Positions 1 through 11,088 of a stretch of 60,944 bases of DNA are shown in pieces. A model generated the notes under the pieces. It was not told the origin of the DNA. It worked only from the letters and a program-made list of their open reading frames with translations, and made no database searches. Source of the stretch: Acidimicrobiales bacterium. Its GTDB lineage: Bacteria > Actinomycetota > Acidimicrobiia > Acidimicrobiales > CADCSY01. The DNA lies in NCBI GenBank assembly GCA_035942035.1, contig DASZDK010000100.1, positions 1 to 60,944 on the forward strand, in the 5' to 3' direction. Position 1 is the stretch's first letter. Every line of letters begins with the position of its first letter. The position numbers and the translations under genes were made by a program.

Positions 1-192
1 TACCGCTACGACTACGCCGCCTGGCGAGACGGCCTGCTCGAGCCCGGCCGGCGGACTGTCGCCCACGGTGGTGGCCGCACCGACCTGGAGCGGCTGTCGG
101 CCGCCTTCGTGCGCACCTGGGACCCGCCGGGCCCGACCGCGCCCGAGGCGCCGCTGACGGTGCCGGCGCCGGCGCCGGCACCGGCCTGGTGA
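1..192 (+). CDS. 3' end of an unidentified CDS (partial, enters from window edge)
   Basis: Frame 1 is open from base 1 to TGA 190-192 with strong G/C third-position bias. No motif I can assign. The stop overlaps a GTG at 189-191 (GTGA) that begins the Fe-S gene remnant downstream. Confidence 0.4.
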   Translation, partial: YRYDYAAWRDGLLEPGRRTVAHGGGRTDLERLSAAFVRTWDPPGPTAPEAPLTVPAPAPAPAW

Positions 193-1090
193 CCGTCGCC
201 GGTGCGCTCGACCGGGCCGGCGCCGACGAGCTGCGGCGATCGACCACTACCTGGCCCGGGCCGACCCGACCCCGGTGGAGCGCTTCGTCCGGCGCCCGGC
301 GAGCGACGCCGTGCCCGCCCAGGCCCGCTACCACCGCGCGCTCGTCCCCCTGAGCCAGCCCGGGCCGGGCCAGCAGTACGGCTTCGTGGTCGACCTCGAC
401 GCCTGCACCGGGTGCAAGGCCTGCGTCACCGCCTGCCACGTCATGAACGGTCTGGACGACGGCGAATCGTGGCGCTCGGTGGGGGGGGTGCGGGCCCGGG
501 GGTGCCGAGCGTCCCTACCGCCAGACGGTGACCGCTTCGTGCCACCACTGCGTGGATCCGGCCTGCCTCCAGGGCTGCCCGGCCAACGCCTACGAGAAGG
601 ACCCGGTCACCGCGTGGTCGCCCACCTCGACGAGAGTTGCATCGGGTGCCGCTACTGAACCATGACTGCCCCTACGAGGTGCCCCGCTACAACCCCGCCC
701 GGGGGATCGTGCGCAAGTGCGACCTGTGCACCGACCGCCTGGAGGCGGGCGAGCGGTGGCGCCGGCTCCCGTGGCGCCGCTGGCGCTGCTGGCCGCGCTC
801 GCCACCGGCGCCCAGCTCCTCGTCGAGGTGGCCGTGCTGCGGCACCTGCGCCCCGGTGCTCGCGACGAGCTTCGCCGCACCGCCGTCCTGCTCACCTGGG
901 AGCTGCGCACCACGACGCAGTGGCGGTTCGGCACCGGTGGGCTGAGCATCCTGGCCCTCCTGGCGGTGGCCCCGGCCACCGCCTCTGCCGCCGCCCGGGC
1001 TCGTGCACCGATTCTGGTTGCCCGGGAGCCGGTGGGAACGATCCCAGGTGCTGGAGGCCGTCGCCCGGTTCTGGCGGTGACGGGAGACCT
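189..1090 (+). pseudogene. Degraded 4Fe-4S dicluster (DmsB-type) oxidoreductase subunit with a remnant of a hydrophobic membrane-anchor tail
   Basis: Ferredoxin-type motifs are split over different frames. CTGCKACVTAC lies in the ORF 275..658 frame. [14 protein letters not shown] lies in a shifted frame at ~540-581. CIGCRY is followed by in-frame TGA 656-658. [10 protein letters not shown]...KCDLCTDRL lies in the ORF 637..945 frame. The N-terminal part (GTG 189 frame) also changes frame near 235-240. A G8 homopolymer sits at 481-488. The expected last cluster motif after KCDLC is absent. Confidence 0.6.
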
Positions 1091-1093
1091 CGC

Positions 1094-3307
<2,214 letters not shown>

Positions 3308-3371
3308 TCATCGCTTGGTTGCCGTGGATCAAAGGCTGTGTCGCCCAGCTGTCGTCGCACGCTTGCCGCTC

Positions 3372-3815
3372 TCATCCGCCGGGCGAGACGGATGGGCGCA
3401 CCGCGCACTCGGGGCACCGGCCCCAGTAGGTGACCTCGGCTTCGTCGATCTCGTAGCCCGAGCCGTCGGCGGCCGTGAGGCACGGCGTGTCGCCGACGGC
3501 GCAGTCGACGTCGACCATCCGCCTGCACGTGCGGCAGACGAGGTGATGGTGGTTGTCCCCGACCCGGCCCTCGTAGCGGGCCGAGGACCCGGCCGGTTGG
3601 ATGCGCCGGAAGAGGCCCTTGTCGGTGAGGGCGGCGAGGGCGTCGTACACTGCCTGACGCGAGATGGCGCCGATGTCGGCCCGTACGACCGTGTAGACGT
3701 CGTCAGCGGTGCTGTGCGGTCGGTCGGACACCGCATGGAGCACCGCCAGCCGCTGGGCCGTGACGTGCATGCCGTGCCGGCGGAGAAGCGCAGCCGATGG
3801 TTCCTTGCTGGGCAC
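3372..3815 (-). CDS. furA: Fur-family transcriptional regulator (FurA-type)
   Basis: 147-aa ORF directly upstream of katG on the same strand. Winged-helix region ([11 protein letters not shown]...), HHHLVCRTC and CPEC metal motifs. furA-katG synteny is classical in Actinomycetota. Confidence 0.9.
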   Translation of the reverse strand: MPSKEPSAALLRRHGMHVTAQRLAVLHAVSDRPHSTADDVYTVVRADIGAISRQAVYDALAALTDKGLFRRIQPAGSSARYEGRVGDNHHHLVCRTCRRMVDVDCAVGDTPCLTAADGSGYEIDEAEVTYWGRCPECAVRPSVSPGG

Positions 3816-3836
3816 GTCCGCAACCTAGCGCCGATG

Positions 3837-3851
3837 CTGGAGGGAGTCCAG
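3837..3851 (-). promoter_or_regulatory. Inverted repeat CTGGA-N5-TCCAG in the 54-nt gap upstream of furA (candidate operator or weak hairpin)
   Basis: Read directly: ctgga gggag tccag. It lies between the stop of the HemY-type gene (3870) and the furA start (3815). There is no consensus to compare against from memory. Confidence 0.2.
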
Positions 3852-3869
3852 ATCTTGGTGCACCCGAGT

Positions 3870-5270
3870 TCACGACGGAGGGGACGCCGCCTCGAGCGCT
3901 CGCCGGGCCGCCACCCGCCCCGAGCCGATGCAGGCGGGCAGGCCGACGCCGGCGAGGGCGGCGCCGGCCAGGCTCACGCCGGGGAGGCGGGTGGCCAGCT
4001 CCTCCTCAGCGGCGGCCATGCGGCCCAGGTGCCCCGGCGCGTACTGGGGGAAGGCGCCGGGCCAGCGGGTGACCCGCACCTCGCTCGGCGGGGCGGTGAT
4101 GCCCAGCGCGGCGCCCAGCTCCAGGCGCAGCCGGGCGACCACGGCGTCGTCGTCGAGAGCCGAGGCCCGCTCGTCGCCCGCCCGCCCGGCCGAGGCCCGC
4201 AGGAGCACCTGCCCGGGCCGGGCCAGGTGGGCCCACTTGCTCGAGGCCCACGAGCAGGCAGTCATGAGCCGCCCCTGGCCGGCGGCGACCACGAAGCCGC
4301 TCCCGTCGAGCGGCCGGGGCACCGCGGAGTCCGGGTAGGCCAGGGCGACCAGGGCGACCGATGCGTGGTCGATGGCGGCGAGGGTGGCCCCGGCGCCGGG
4401 CGCGTGGGGCGCCACCAGCCGGCCGGCGGCGGGGGCGGGGAGCGCCACCACCACGGCGTCGGCAACGACGGGGCCCGAGGCGGTGGTCACCACGTAGGTG
4501 CCGTCCCCGCCGGGCGCCAGCGCCCGCACCGCCTCGCCGGTGCGCACCTCGGCGCCGGCGGCGTCCAGCCGGCTGGACAGGGCGTCGACCAGCCGACCCA
4601 GCCCCCCGGGAATGGTGAGGAACACCGGGCCGGCGCCGGCGCCGGAACCCGTCCCCGCGGTCACCGCCCGCACCCCCCGCACCAGGCTGGGCGAGCGGCG
4701 GGCGGCGGCGGCCAGCTGGGGGGCGCAGACCTCGATGCTCAGCCGGTCGGTGGTGCCGGCGTTGATGCCCCCGACCAGGGGGTCGACCAGGCGCCGGTGG
4801 ACCTCGGCGCCGAGCCGGCGCCGGACCACCGTCCCGAGGGCGGCGTCGCCTGCCAGCGGCCGGCCGGGCAGGAGGGGCTCGAGGGCGGCGCGGGCCAGGC
4901 CGACGGGCGAGAGCACGCCGGCGCGGGCGAGGGGGCCCAGCCGGGTGGGGACGCCGAGGACCGTGCCGGCGGGCAGCGGCCGCAGCCGCCCACCCACCCA
5001 CACCCATGCCGTGGTCGCCGCCGGGGCCACCAGCTCGTCCTCCAGCCCCAGCTCCCGGCACAGCGCCACCGCCTCCGGTCGGCGGGCCAGGAAGGCGTCG
5101 GGCCCCAGGTCGAGGTCCGTCCCGGCGAAGGCCTCGGTGCGGACCTTGCCGCCCAGGCGCTCGCCGGCCTCGCACAGCGTCACCGTCACGCCGGGCCGGC
5201 CCGCCAACTCGTGGGCGGCGCTGAGGCCGGCGATCCCGCCGCCCACCACCACGACCCTCGCTGGCGCCAC
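3870..5270 (-). CDS. hemY: HemY-type protoporphyrinogen/coproporphyrinogen III oxidase (FAD)
   Basis: C-terminal 466 aa of ORF 3870..6611. GTG start at 5270 is followed by VVVVGGGIAGLSAAHEL (GxGxxG). The length and C-terminal GVGLPACIGSG region are typical of the HemY/CgoX family. Upstream ORF residues are read-through. Confidence 0.85.
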   Translation of the reverse strand: MAPARVVVVGGGIAGLSAAHELAGRPGVTVTLCEAGERLGGKVRTEAFAGTDLDLGPDAFLARRPEAVALCRELGLEDELVAPAATTAWVWVGGRLRPLPAGTVLGVPTRLGPLARAGVLSPVGLARAALEPLLPGRPLAGDAALGTVVRRRLGAEVHRRLVDPLVGGINAGTTDRLSIEVCAPQLAAAARRSPSLVRGVRAVTAGTGSGAGAGPVFLTIPGGLGRLVDALSSRLDAAGAEVRTGEAVRALAPGGDGTYVVTTASGPVVADAVVVALPAPAAGRLVAPHAPGAGATLAAIDHASVALVALAYPDSAVPRPLDGSGFVVAAGQGRLMTACSWASSKWAHLARPGQVLLRASAGRAGDERASALDDDAVVARLRLELGAALGITAPPSEVRVTRWPGAFPQYAPGHLGRMAAAEEELATRLPGVSLAGAALAGVGLPACIGSGRVAARRALEAASPPS

Positions 5271-5287
5271 CTCGCTGCCGCCGGGGC

Positions 5288-6220
5288 TCAGTCGCCGGCC
5301 AGGGCCACCAGGCGGTCGGCCAGGGCGCCCAGCACGCGGGGGTCGTCGTTGGGCACGGCGGTGCGGGCGAAGGCCAACCCGAGCTCGCCGGCGCGGGCCC
5401 GGGCCTCGATGTCGAGGTCGTAGAGCACCTCGAGGTGGTCGGACACGAACCCGCAGGGGCACACCAGCACCCCCTCGGCCCGCCCGGTGCCGGCCAGGTC
5501 GGTGAGCACGGTCAGCAGGTCGGGCCCCAGCCACGGCTCGGGGGTGCGCCCGGCGCTCTGCCAGGCGACGGCCCAGCCGGCCCATGGCGCCAGCCCCACC
5601 TCGACGGCCACCGCCGCCGCCGTCTCCCGCACCCGGTCGGCGTAGCCGTCGCCGGCGGCGAGCACCCGCTGGGGCAGGGAGTGGGCGCTGAACAGCACCT
5701 TGGTGGCGGCCGGCAGTCCCTCCAGCCCCTGGCGGACCTGGTCGGCCAGGAAGGCGAGGTAGGTGGGCTCGAGGTGCCAACCTTCGACGGCGGCCACCGG
5801 GGTTCCGGGTCGGAGCTCGTCGGCCTGCGCCCGCAGCCGGCCCAGGTACTCGCCCACCGAGGCGGCGCTGTAGTGGGGGGCGAGCACGAGGCCGATCAGG
5901 CGCTCGGCGCCGGTGGCGAGGAGGCGCTCGACGGCGTCCTCCACGAACGGCGGGGCGTGCTTGTAGCCCACCTCCACGTGGAAGCGCCCCGCGGCCCGCG
6001 CCTCGAGGGCGCCGGCCACCACCGCCGCCTGGGCCTCGGTGCGCCGGGCCAGCGGCGACATCCCGCCGATGGCGGCGTAGCGGCGGGCCAGGTCGTCGAG
6101 CAGCTCGGGCGACGGCGGCCGGCCCCGCCGGACGTGGGTGTAGTAGGACTCGACGTCGTCGGGCCGGCGCGGGGTCCCGTAGGCCATGACCGCCACGCCC
6201 ACGGGGGCGGCGTCGCTCAC
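5288..6220 (-). CDS. hemH: Ferrochelatase (HemH/CpfC type)
   Basis: C-terminal 310 aa of ORF 5288..7336, with motifs VLFSAHSLPQRV and GFVSDHLEVLYDLD. GTG 6218-6220 overlaps the hemE stop (GTGA). The alternative start is ATG 6185-6187. Confidence 0.9.
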   Translation of the reverse strand: MSDAAPVGVAVMAYGTPRRPDDVESYYTHVRRGRPPSPELLDDLARRYAAIGGMSPLARRTEAQAAVVAGALEARAAGRFHVEVGYKHAPPFVEDAVERLLATGAERLIGLVLAPHYSAASVGEYLGRLRAQADELRPGTPVAAVEGWHLEPTYLAFLADQVRQGLEGLPAATKVLFSAHSLPQRVLAAGDGYADRVRETAAAVAVEVGLAPWAGWAVAWQSAGRTPEPWLGPDLLTVLTDLAGTGRAEGVLVCPCGFVSDHLEVLYDLDIEARARAGELGLAFARTAVPNDDPRVLGALADRLVALAGD

Positions 6221-7380
6221 CCCGGGTCGGCCGCCGGCTCGGCCGCCGGCTCCACCGCACCCTCGGCCGAGGTCCCGCCGGCGCCGGCGCCCTCGGCGTG
6301 CACGAGCTCGACCACCCGTCGCAGCGCTCCAGGATCGGTCTCGGGCAGCACGCCCCAGCCGAGGTTGAACACGTGCCCCGGCCGCCCCCCGTTGGCGGCC
6401 AGCACCTCGTGCACCTTGGTGTCGAGGACCTCGGGAGGAGCGAACAGGGCGGTGGGGTCGAGGTTGCCCTGCACCGCCAACGGTCCCAGGCGGCGGCGGG
6501 CGGCGTCGAGCGGTGTCCGCCAGTCGACCCCGACGACGTCGGCCCCGGCCTGGCCCACGGCTTCGAGGAGGTGGCCCGCCCCCACGGCGAAGTGGATCCG
6601 GGGCACCCCATTGCCGGCGAGCCCGTCGAGGATCCGCGCCGAGGCCGGCTGGGCGTAGCGGCGGTAGTCGGCCTCCGACAGGGCCCCGGCCCACGAGTCG
6701 AACAGCTGGACGGCCTGGGCGCCGGCGGCCACCTGGGCGTCGAGGGCAGCCAGGGTGATGTCGGCCAGCCGCTCCACCAGGAGCGCCCACAGCGCCGGGT
6801 CGCCGTACATGAGCGCCTTGGTTCGGCGGTAGTCGTTGGACTTGCCCCCTTCCACCAGGTAGCTGGCCAGCGTGAAGGGGGCGCCGGCGAAACCGATGAG
6901 GGCCACGCCGGCCGGCAGCTCCCGGCGCACCAGGCGGATGGTCTCGGCCACGTAGGGCAGGTCGGTCGCCGGCTCCAGGGGCCGGAGGCGGTCGAGGTCG
7001 GCGGCGGAGCGGAAGGGCTGGTGGACGACCGGTCCCCGGTCGGGGGAGATGTCGATGCCCGACAGCACCGCTTCCAGCGGAGTGACGATGTCGCTGAACA
7101 GGATGGCGGCGTCGACGCCCAGCCGGCGCACCGGCTGCAGCGTCACCTCGGCGGCCAGCTCTGGCTGGCGCACGATCTCGGAGAACGCGTAGCGGGCCCG
7201 CAGCTCGCGGTACTCGGGCAGCGAGCGCCCGGCCTGGCGCATGAACCACACCGGGACCGTCGACGTGGGCCGGCCCCGGCAGGCGTCGAGCAGGACCGGC
7301 GCCGGCGGGGGCGGCGCGTCGGGGAGGGCGTGGCACACCTCGGCCACCGTACCGGCGGGCCGCGGCGAGGCTGCTCTCAC
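6217..7380 (-). CDS. hemE: Uroporphyrinogen decarboxylase
   Basis: PVWFMRQAGRSLPEY signature and full-length family architecture. Start is uncertain: GTG 7380 overlaps the patatin stop, and in-frame GTGs at 7347 and 7338 are alternatives. Confidence 0.92.
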   Translation of the reverse strand: MRAASPRPAGTVAEVCHALPDAPPPPAPVLLDACRGRPTSTVPVWFMRQAGRSLPEYRELRARYAFSEIVRQPELAAEVTLQPVRRLGVDAAILFSDIVTPLEAVLSGIDISPDRGPVVHQPFRSAADLDRLRPLEPATDLPYVAETIRLVRRELPAGVALIGFAGAPFTLASYLVEGGKSNDYRRTKALMYGDPALWALLVERLADITLAALDAQVAAGAQAVQLFDSWAGALSEADYRRYAQPASARILDGLAGNGVPRIHFAVGAGHLLEAVGQAGADVVGVDWRTPLDAARRRLGPLAVQGNLDPTALFAPPEVLDTKVHEVLAANGGRPGHVFNLGWGVLPETDPGALRRVVELVHAEGAGAGGTSAEGAVEPAAEPAADPG

Positions 7381-8423
7381 CGGCGCTGCGCCGCTGCCGC
7401 CAGCGCCGACCGTTCCCAGGCCACCTCCGGGCGATCCAGTCGCCGCCGCACCCCGGCCCGGGACTGCTCGGCCACCGCCACTCGGCGATCGAAGTCCATG
7501 GAGGCGGCGATGCCCCCCATCACCGCCAGGTCGTCAGGCTCGGGCTCGAGCACCAGGACGGGCGTCCCCTGCCGGCGCAGCGCCAACAGCTCCCGCCGTA
7601 GCCGGGCGGCGTGGGCCAGGCGCTGGGCCCGGGCCGGGCCGGGCGGCCGGCGGCGAAGCCGGCGTTGGCCGGCGGCCGGGCGCAGGGACAGCGGTGCCGA
7701 CACCACCACCAGGTCGAGGCCGGCGCCGGCCAGGACGTCGGCGTTGGTGGCGGAGTGGGCGCCGCCGTCGACGTGGTCGTGCCCGCCGACGGGCACGGGC
7801 GTGAAGAACCCGGCCATGGCGCAGGACGCTGCCACGGCGGTCCCCACGTCGACGTGGACTCCCGCGTCGCGCCCGAACACCACCCGCCGGCCGTCATCGA
7901 GGCGGACGGCGCACACCCACAGAGGGTCCTCGGGCCAGCGCCGGTCGGACAGGCCGGCTACCGCATCGCGGATGATGGCGGGGTCGCGGCGGCCGCGGGG
8001 CAGCAGCCCGGCCGCCGCCAGCCCGGGCCGCAGCCGCCACGGCGCCAGCGCCCGCACGGCCAGCGAGAGGCAGGCCGGGCGGCGGGAGGGCGGTCCCACC
8101 ACGGGATGGGGTCGGCTGAGCGGGGCCGCGCCCACCCCCGGGCGCAGGAGGTCGTAGGGATGGAAGCCGGCCCGCAGCTCCGCGCCGGTCACCGCCCCCG
8201 CCGAGGTCCCCACCACCACGGCCGCCCGGCGGGCGTCCCAGCCGGTGGCGTCGGCCAGGGCGGCGCCCACCCCCAGGTGCCAGGCGTGGCCCACGAGCCC
8301 CCCGCCGCCCAGCACCAGCCCGATGCCTCCCACCGACCCGAGGGTACGAGTGCCGGGCGCTCGGGCGGGTGTGTCGACCGGCCCCGGTCCGGCCCACGGC
8401 GCCGTAGCATGGCCGGTCCCCAT
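7377..8423 (-). CDS. Patatin-like phospholipase family protein
   Basis: LVLGGGGLVGHAWHLG glycine-rich loop, GTSAG (GxSxG nucleophile elbow) and VDGGAHSATN (catalytic Asp DGG motif). Confidence 0.8.
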   Translation of the reverse strand: MGTGHATAPWAGPGPVDTPARAPGTRTLGSVGGIGLVLGGGGLVGHAWHLGVGAALADATGWDARRAAVVVGTSAGAVTGAELRAGFHPYDLLRPGVGAAPLSRPHPVVGPPSRRPACLSLAVRALAPWRLRPGLAAAGLLPRGRRDPAIIRDAVAGLSDRRWPEDPLWVCAVRLDDGRRVVFGRDAGVHVDVGTAVAASCAMAGFFTPVPVGGHDHVDGGAHSATNADVLAGAGLDLVVVSAPLSLRPAAGQRRLRRRPPGPARAQRLAHAARLRRELLALRRQGTPVLVLEPEPDDLAVMGGIAASMDFDRRVAVAEQSRAGVRRRLDRPEVAWERSALAAAAQRR

Positions 8424-8443
8424 TCGACGACCCGACGAGGGCC

Positions 8444-10528
8444 ATGGCCGGATCTTCCGAGCTGGAGTACGAGCAGGCCTACCTCGACTGGGCCCACCAG
8501 TGCCTGGAGGAGGCGCGCCGCCGGGTGCTCCGCCTCCGCGGCCTCACCACCGTGGGGCGGGGCGGCACCCACCAGACCCGGGTGGAGGGTGAGGTCGTCG
8601 AGGGGACGATCCGCAACCGCCTGGCCCAGCTCGACGTGGGCGACGCCGCCCTCGTGTTCGGCCGCATCGACCCGGAGGACACCGCCGAGCGGTTCTACAT
8701 CGGCCGGGTCGCCGTCGCCGACGAGCACCAGGAACCGGTGGTGGTCGACTGGCGGGCGCCCATCGCGGAGCCCTTCTACCGGGCGACCGGTCGCCACCCC
8801 ATGGGCCTGGCCCGGCGCCGCCACTTCGCCACCCGGGGGCGCCGCCTCCTTGCCGTGGAGGACGAGGTCTTCGGCGCCGGCGAGCGTGGGGACGAGGAGG
8901 CTGCCGGCGCCGGTCTCGCCGGCCGGGAGGTGCTCCTCGCCAGCCTGGCCCGACCGCGCTCCGGGCGTCTCGGTGACATCGTCGGCACCATCCAGGCCGA
9001 GCAGGACGAGATCATCCGCTCGGAGCTGGGCGGGGTGGTGGTGGTCCAGGGCGGGCCGGGGACGGGCAAGACCGTGGTCGCCCTGCACCGGGCCGCCTAC
9101 CTGCTCTACACCCACCGCTTCCCGCTGGAGGACCAGGGGGTCCTGGTGGTCGGGCCCAACCGGGTGTTCCTGCGCTACGTCGAGCGGGTCCTGCCCTCGC
9201 TGGGCGAGGCGGGGGTGGAGCTGGCGGTGCCCGCCGACCTGGTCCCCGAGACGGTCGGCGACCGCCAGGACGACCCCGCCGCCGTCCGGGTCAAGGGCGA
9301 CGTGCGGATGGTCGCCGTGCTGGCCAAGGCCGTCCGCGACCGCCAGCGCCCGCTGCGCCGCGACCTGGTCGTGGGCTTCGGCCTGACCTCACTGCGTTCC
9401 GACGTGGAGACCAGCCGGCGCATCATCGCCGCCGCCCGGCGCCGGGCCCGCACGCACAACGCCGGCCGCCGGCTGGTCGAGCAGGGCCTCTGGGAGGCGC
9501 TGGCCCGCAGCGCCCGCGACGAGGTCGAGCCCAGCCTGGTCCGCGACCGCCTCCGGCGCCACGACGAGATCCGCGCCGCGCTGGAGTGGATGTGGCCGCT
9601 GCTGACTCCTGACGAGTTGCTGCACGACCTGTTCGGCTCCCGCGCCCTCATCCGCCTGGCGGCGGGAGCCATGCTGGGCGCCGAGGAGCAGGCGTCGCTC
9701 GAGCGGCCCCGGGGCGAGCCGTTCGACCGGCGAGAGTGGACCGATGCCGACGTCCCGCTGCTGGACGAGGCCCGGGCCCTGCTCGGCCCCCGCCCCGGGC
9801 GCGGCGACGAGGAGCCCCGATCCTACGGCCACCTCGTGGTCGACGAGGCGCAGGACCTCTCGCCCATGGCGCTGCGGATGCTGTCTCGGCGGTCGCTGGG
9901 CGGCTCCATGACCGTGGTCGGCGACATCGCCCAGGCCACGGGTTCGTGGGCGCCCGACGGATGGGACGAGGTCCTCGACCACCTCCCGGCCCGCCGGCCG
10001 CCCCGGGTGCACGAGCTGAGCATCGCCTACCGCACGCCGGCGGCGGTGCTGTCGCTGGCCGAGCGCGTGCTGCCGGCGGCGGTCCCCGGGCTGCGGGCGC
10101 CCCGGTCGGTGCGGGAGGGCGGCGACCCGCCCCAGGTGACCCGGGTGGACCCGGGACGGCTGGGTGCCGAGGTGGCGGCGCGGGTCGCCGCCGAGCGCGC
10201 CGCCGTGGGCGAGGGCAATGTGGCCGTGGTGGTCCCGGACTCGCTGGCCGACGAGGTGAGCGCTGCCCTCGACGCCGGCGGCGAGCGGCACGGTCGGGCG
10301 GGCGGCGAGCAACTCGAGGCCCAGGTCAGCGTGCTCGCCGTGCGCCTGGTCAAGGGGCTCGAGCTCGACTCCGTGCTCGTGGTCGAACCCGCCCGCATCG
10401 TTGCCGAGGAGGCCCAGGGCCTGCGCTCGCTCTACGTCGCGCTGACCCGTGCCACCCGCCGGCTCACCGTGGTCCACTCCGAGCCGCTGCCCGAGGTGCT
10501 CGTCGAGCGCCAGCCTTCCCCGGCATGA
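8444..10528 (+). CDS. helD: HelD/HelR-type UvrD-like ATPase (RNA polymerase-associated helicase-like protein)
   Basis: The N-terminal EYEQAYLDWAH...RFYIGRVAV...VVVDWRAPIAEPFYRAT module is typical of actinobacterial HelD. Also Walker A GGPGTGKT, DEAQD and the C-terminal LYVALTRATRRL motif. Confidence 0.85.
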   Translation: MAGSSELEYEQAYLDWAHQCLEEARRRVLRLRGLTTVGRGGTHQTRVEGEVVEGTIRNRLAQLDVGDAALVFGRIDPEDTAERFYIGRVAVADEHQEPVVVDWRAPIAEPFYRATGRHPMGLARRRHFATRGRRLLAVEDEVFGAGERGDEEAAGAGLAGREVLLASLARPRSGRLGDIVGTIQAEQDEIIRSELGGVVVVQGGPGTGKTVVALHRAAYLLYTHRFPLEDQGVLVVGPNRVFLRYVERVLPSLGEAGVELAVPADLVPETVGDRQDDPAAVRVKGDVRMVAVLAKAVRDRQRPLRRDLVVGFGLTSLRSDVETSRRIIAAARRRARTHNAGRRLVEQGLWEALARSARDEVEPSLVRDRLRRHDEIRAALEWMWPLLTPDELLHDLFGSRALIRLAAGAMLGAEEQASLERPRGEPFDRREWTDADVPLLDEARALLGPRPGRGDEEPRSYGHLVVDEAQDLSPMALRMLSRRSLGGSMTVVGDIAQATGSWAPDGWDEVLDHLPARRPPRVHELSIAYRTPAAVLSLAERVLPAAVPGLRAPRSVREGGDPPQVTRVDPGRLGAEVAARVAAERAAVGEGNVAVVVPDSLADEVSAALDAGGERHGRAGGEQLEAQVSVLAVRLVKGLELDSVLVVEPARIVAEEAQGLRSLYVALTRATRRLTVVHSEPLPEVLVERQPSPA

Positions 10529-10746
10529 GCGACCCCGGTGGGGGCGAGGTCACCATCAAGGTGCGGGCCAACGGGCCCTTGAAGGTGACGGGACCGGTCA
10601 CGCTCCTCGACCACGAGGGCCGTCCCTTCGAGGTCGAGGGCGACGACCTGGTCTTGTGCCGGTGCGGGCGCTCGGCCACCAAACCCTTCTGCGACGGCAC
10701 CCACCGCCAGGGGTTCGACGGCACCTGCGCCCACCAGCAGGCGTGA
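10525..10746 (+). CDS. CDGSH iron-sulfur domain protein (73 aa)
   Basis: CRCGRSATKPFCDGTH matches the CDGSH 2Fe-2S signature. ATG 10525-10527 overlaps the helD stop (ATGA). Confidence 0.85.
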   Translation: MSDPGGGEVTIKVRANGPLKVTGPVTLLDHEGRPFEVEGDDLVLCRCGRSATKPFCDGTHRQGFDGTCAHQQA

Positions 10747-10758
10747 CCCGCTGACGCG

Positions 10759-10959
10759 TCAGTTGACGCCGGCGACCTCGTAGCCAGCCTCGTCGATGGC
10801 GGCCCGCACGGCGGCCTCCGACGCCTCGCCGACGACGTCCACCGTCTTGGTGGCCACGTCGACCTCCACACGGTCGACGCCCTCGACCTGGCCGACCTCG
10901 CCCTCGATGGCGCGCTTGCAGTGGTCACAGCTGATGCCGGGCACCGAATAGGTGGTCAT
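10759..10959 (-). CDS. copZ: Heavy-metal-associated (HMA) copper chaperone
   Basis: 66-aa ORF with a ferredoxin-like HMA fold pattern and CxxC metal site (GISCDHC). Confidence 0.85.
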   Translation of the reverse strand: MTTYSVPGISCDHCKRAIEGEVGQVEGVDRVEVDVATKTVDVVGEASEAAVRAAIDEAGYEVAGVN

Positions 10960-11088
10960 CTTCCCAGCCTACGGGCGGCACACGGCTGTGGCCCAGGTGG
11001 CGGGCCTTCCGTGCGCCTAGATGCATCGTGGATCTAACTCAGCCGCTGCGCTACCGTCGCCACGGTCGGTCTATCCGAGCGAAGGGTC

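Noticed and set aside
3315-5423. 702-aa plus-strand ORF covering furA, the HemY-type gene and part of the ferrochelatase gene
   Set aside because: The translation is Arg/Gly/Pro/Ala low-complexity, and it lies antisense to genes with clear family motifs. This is a typical shadow ORF of very GC-rich DNA.
3870-7336. Reading ORFs 3870..6611 (913 aa) and 5288..7336 (682 aa) as single giant genes
   Set aside because: Only the C-terminal 466 aa and 310 aa respectively match HemY and ferrochelatase. The upstream parts run through neighbouring genes in other frames and are compositionally junk.
8444-10528. UvrD-like helicase plus neighbouring patatin as a phage-defence module
   Set aside because: The helicase has the HelD-specific N-terminal RNAP-interaction module and housekeeping-type context. 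No nuclease, methylase, cyclase or other defence hallmark is nearby. It is kept only as a low-probability alternative.
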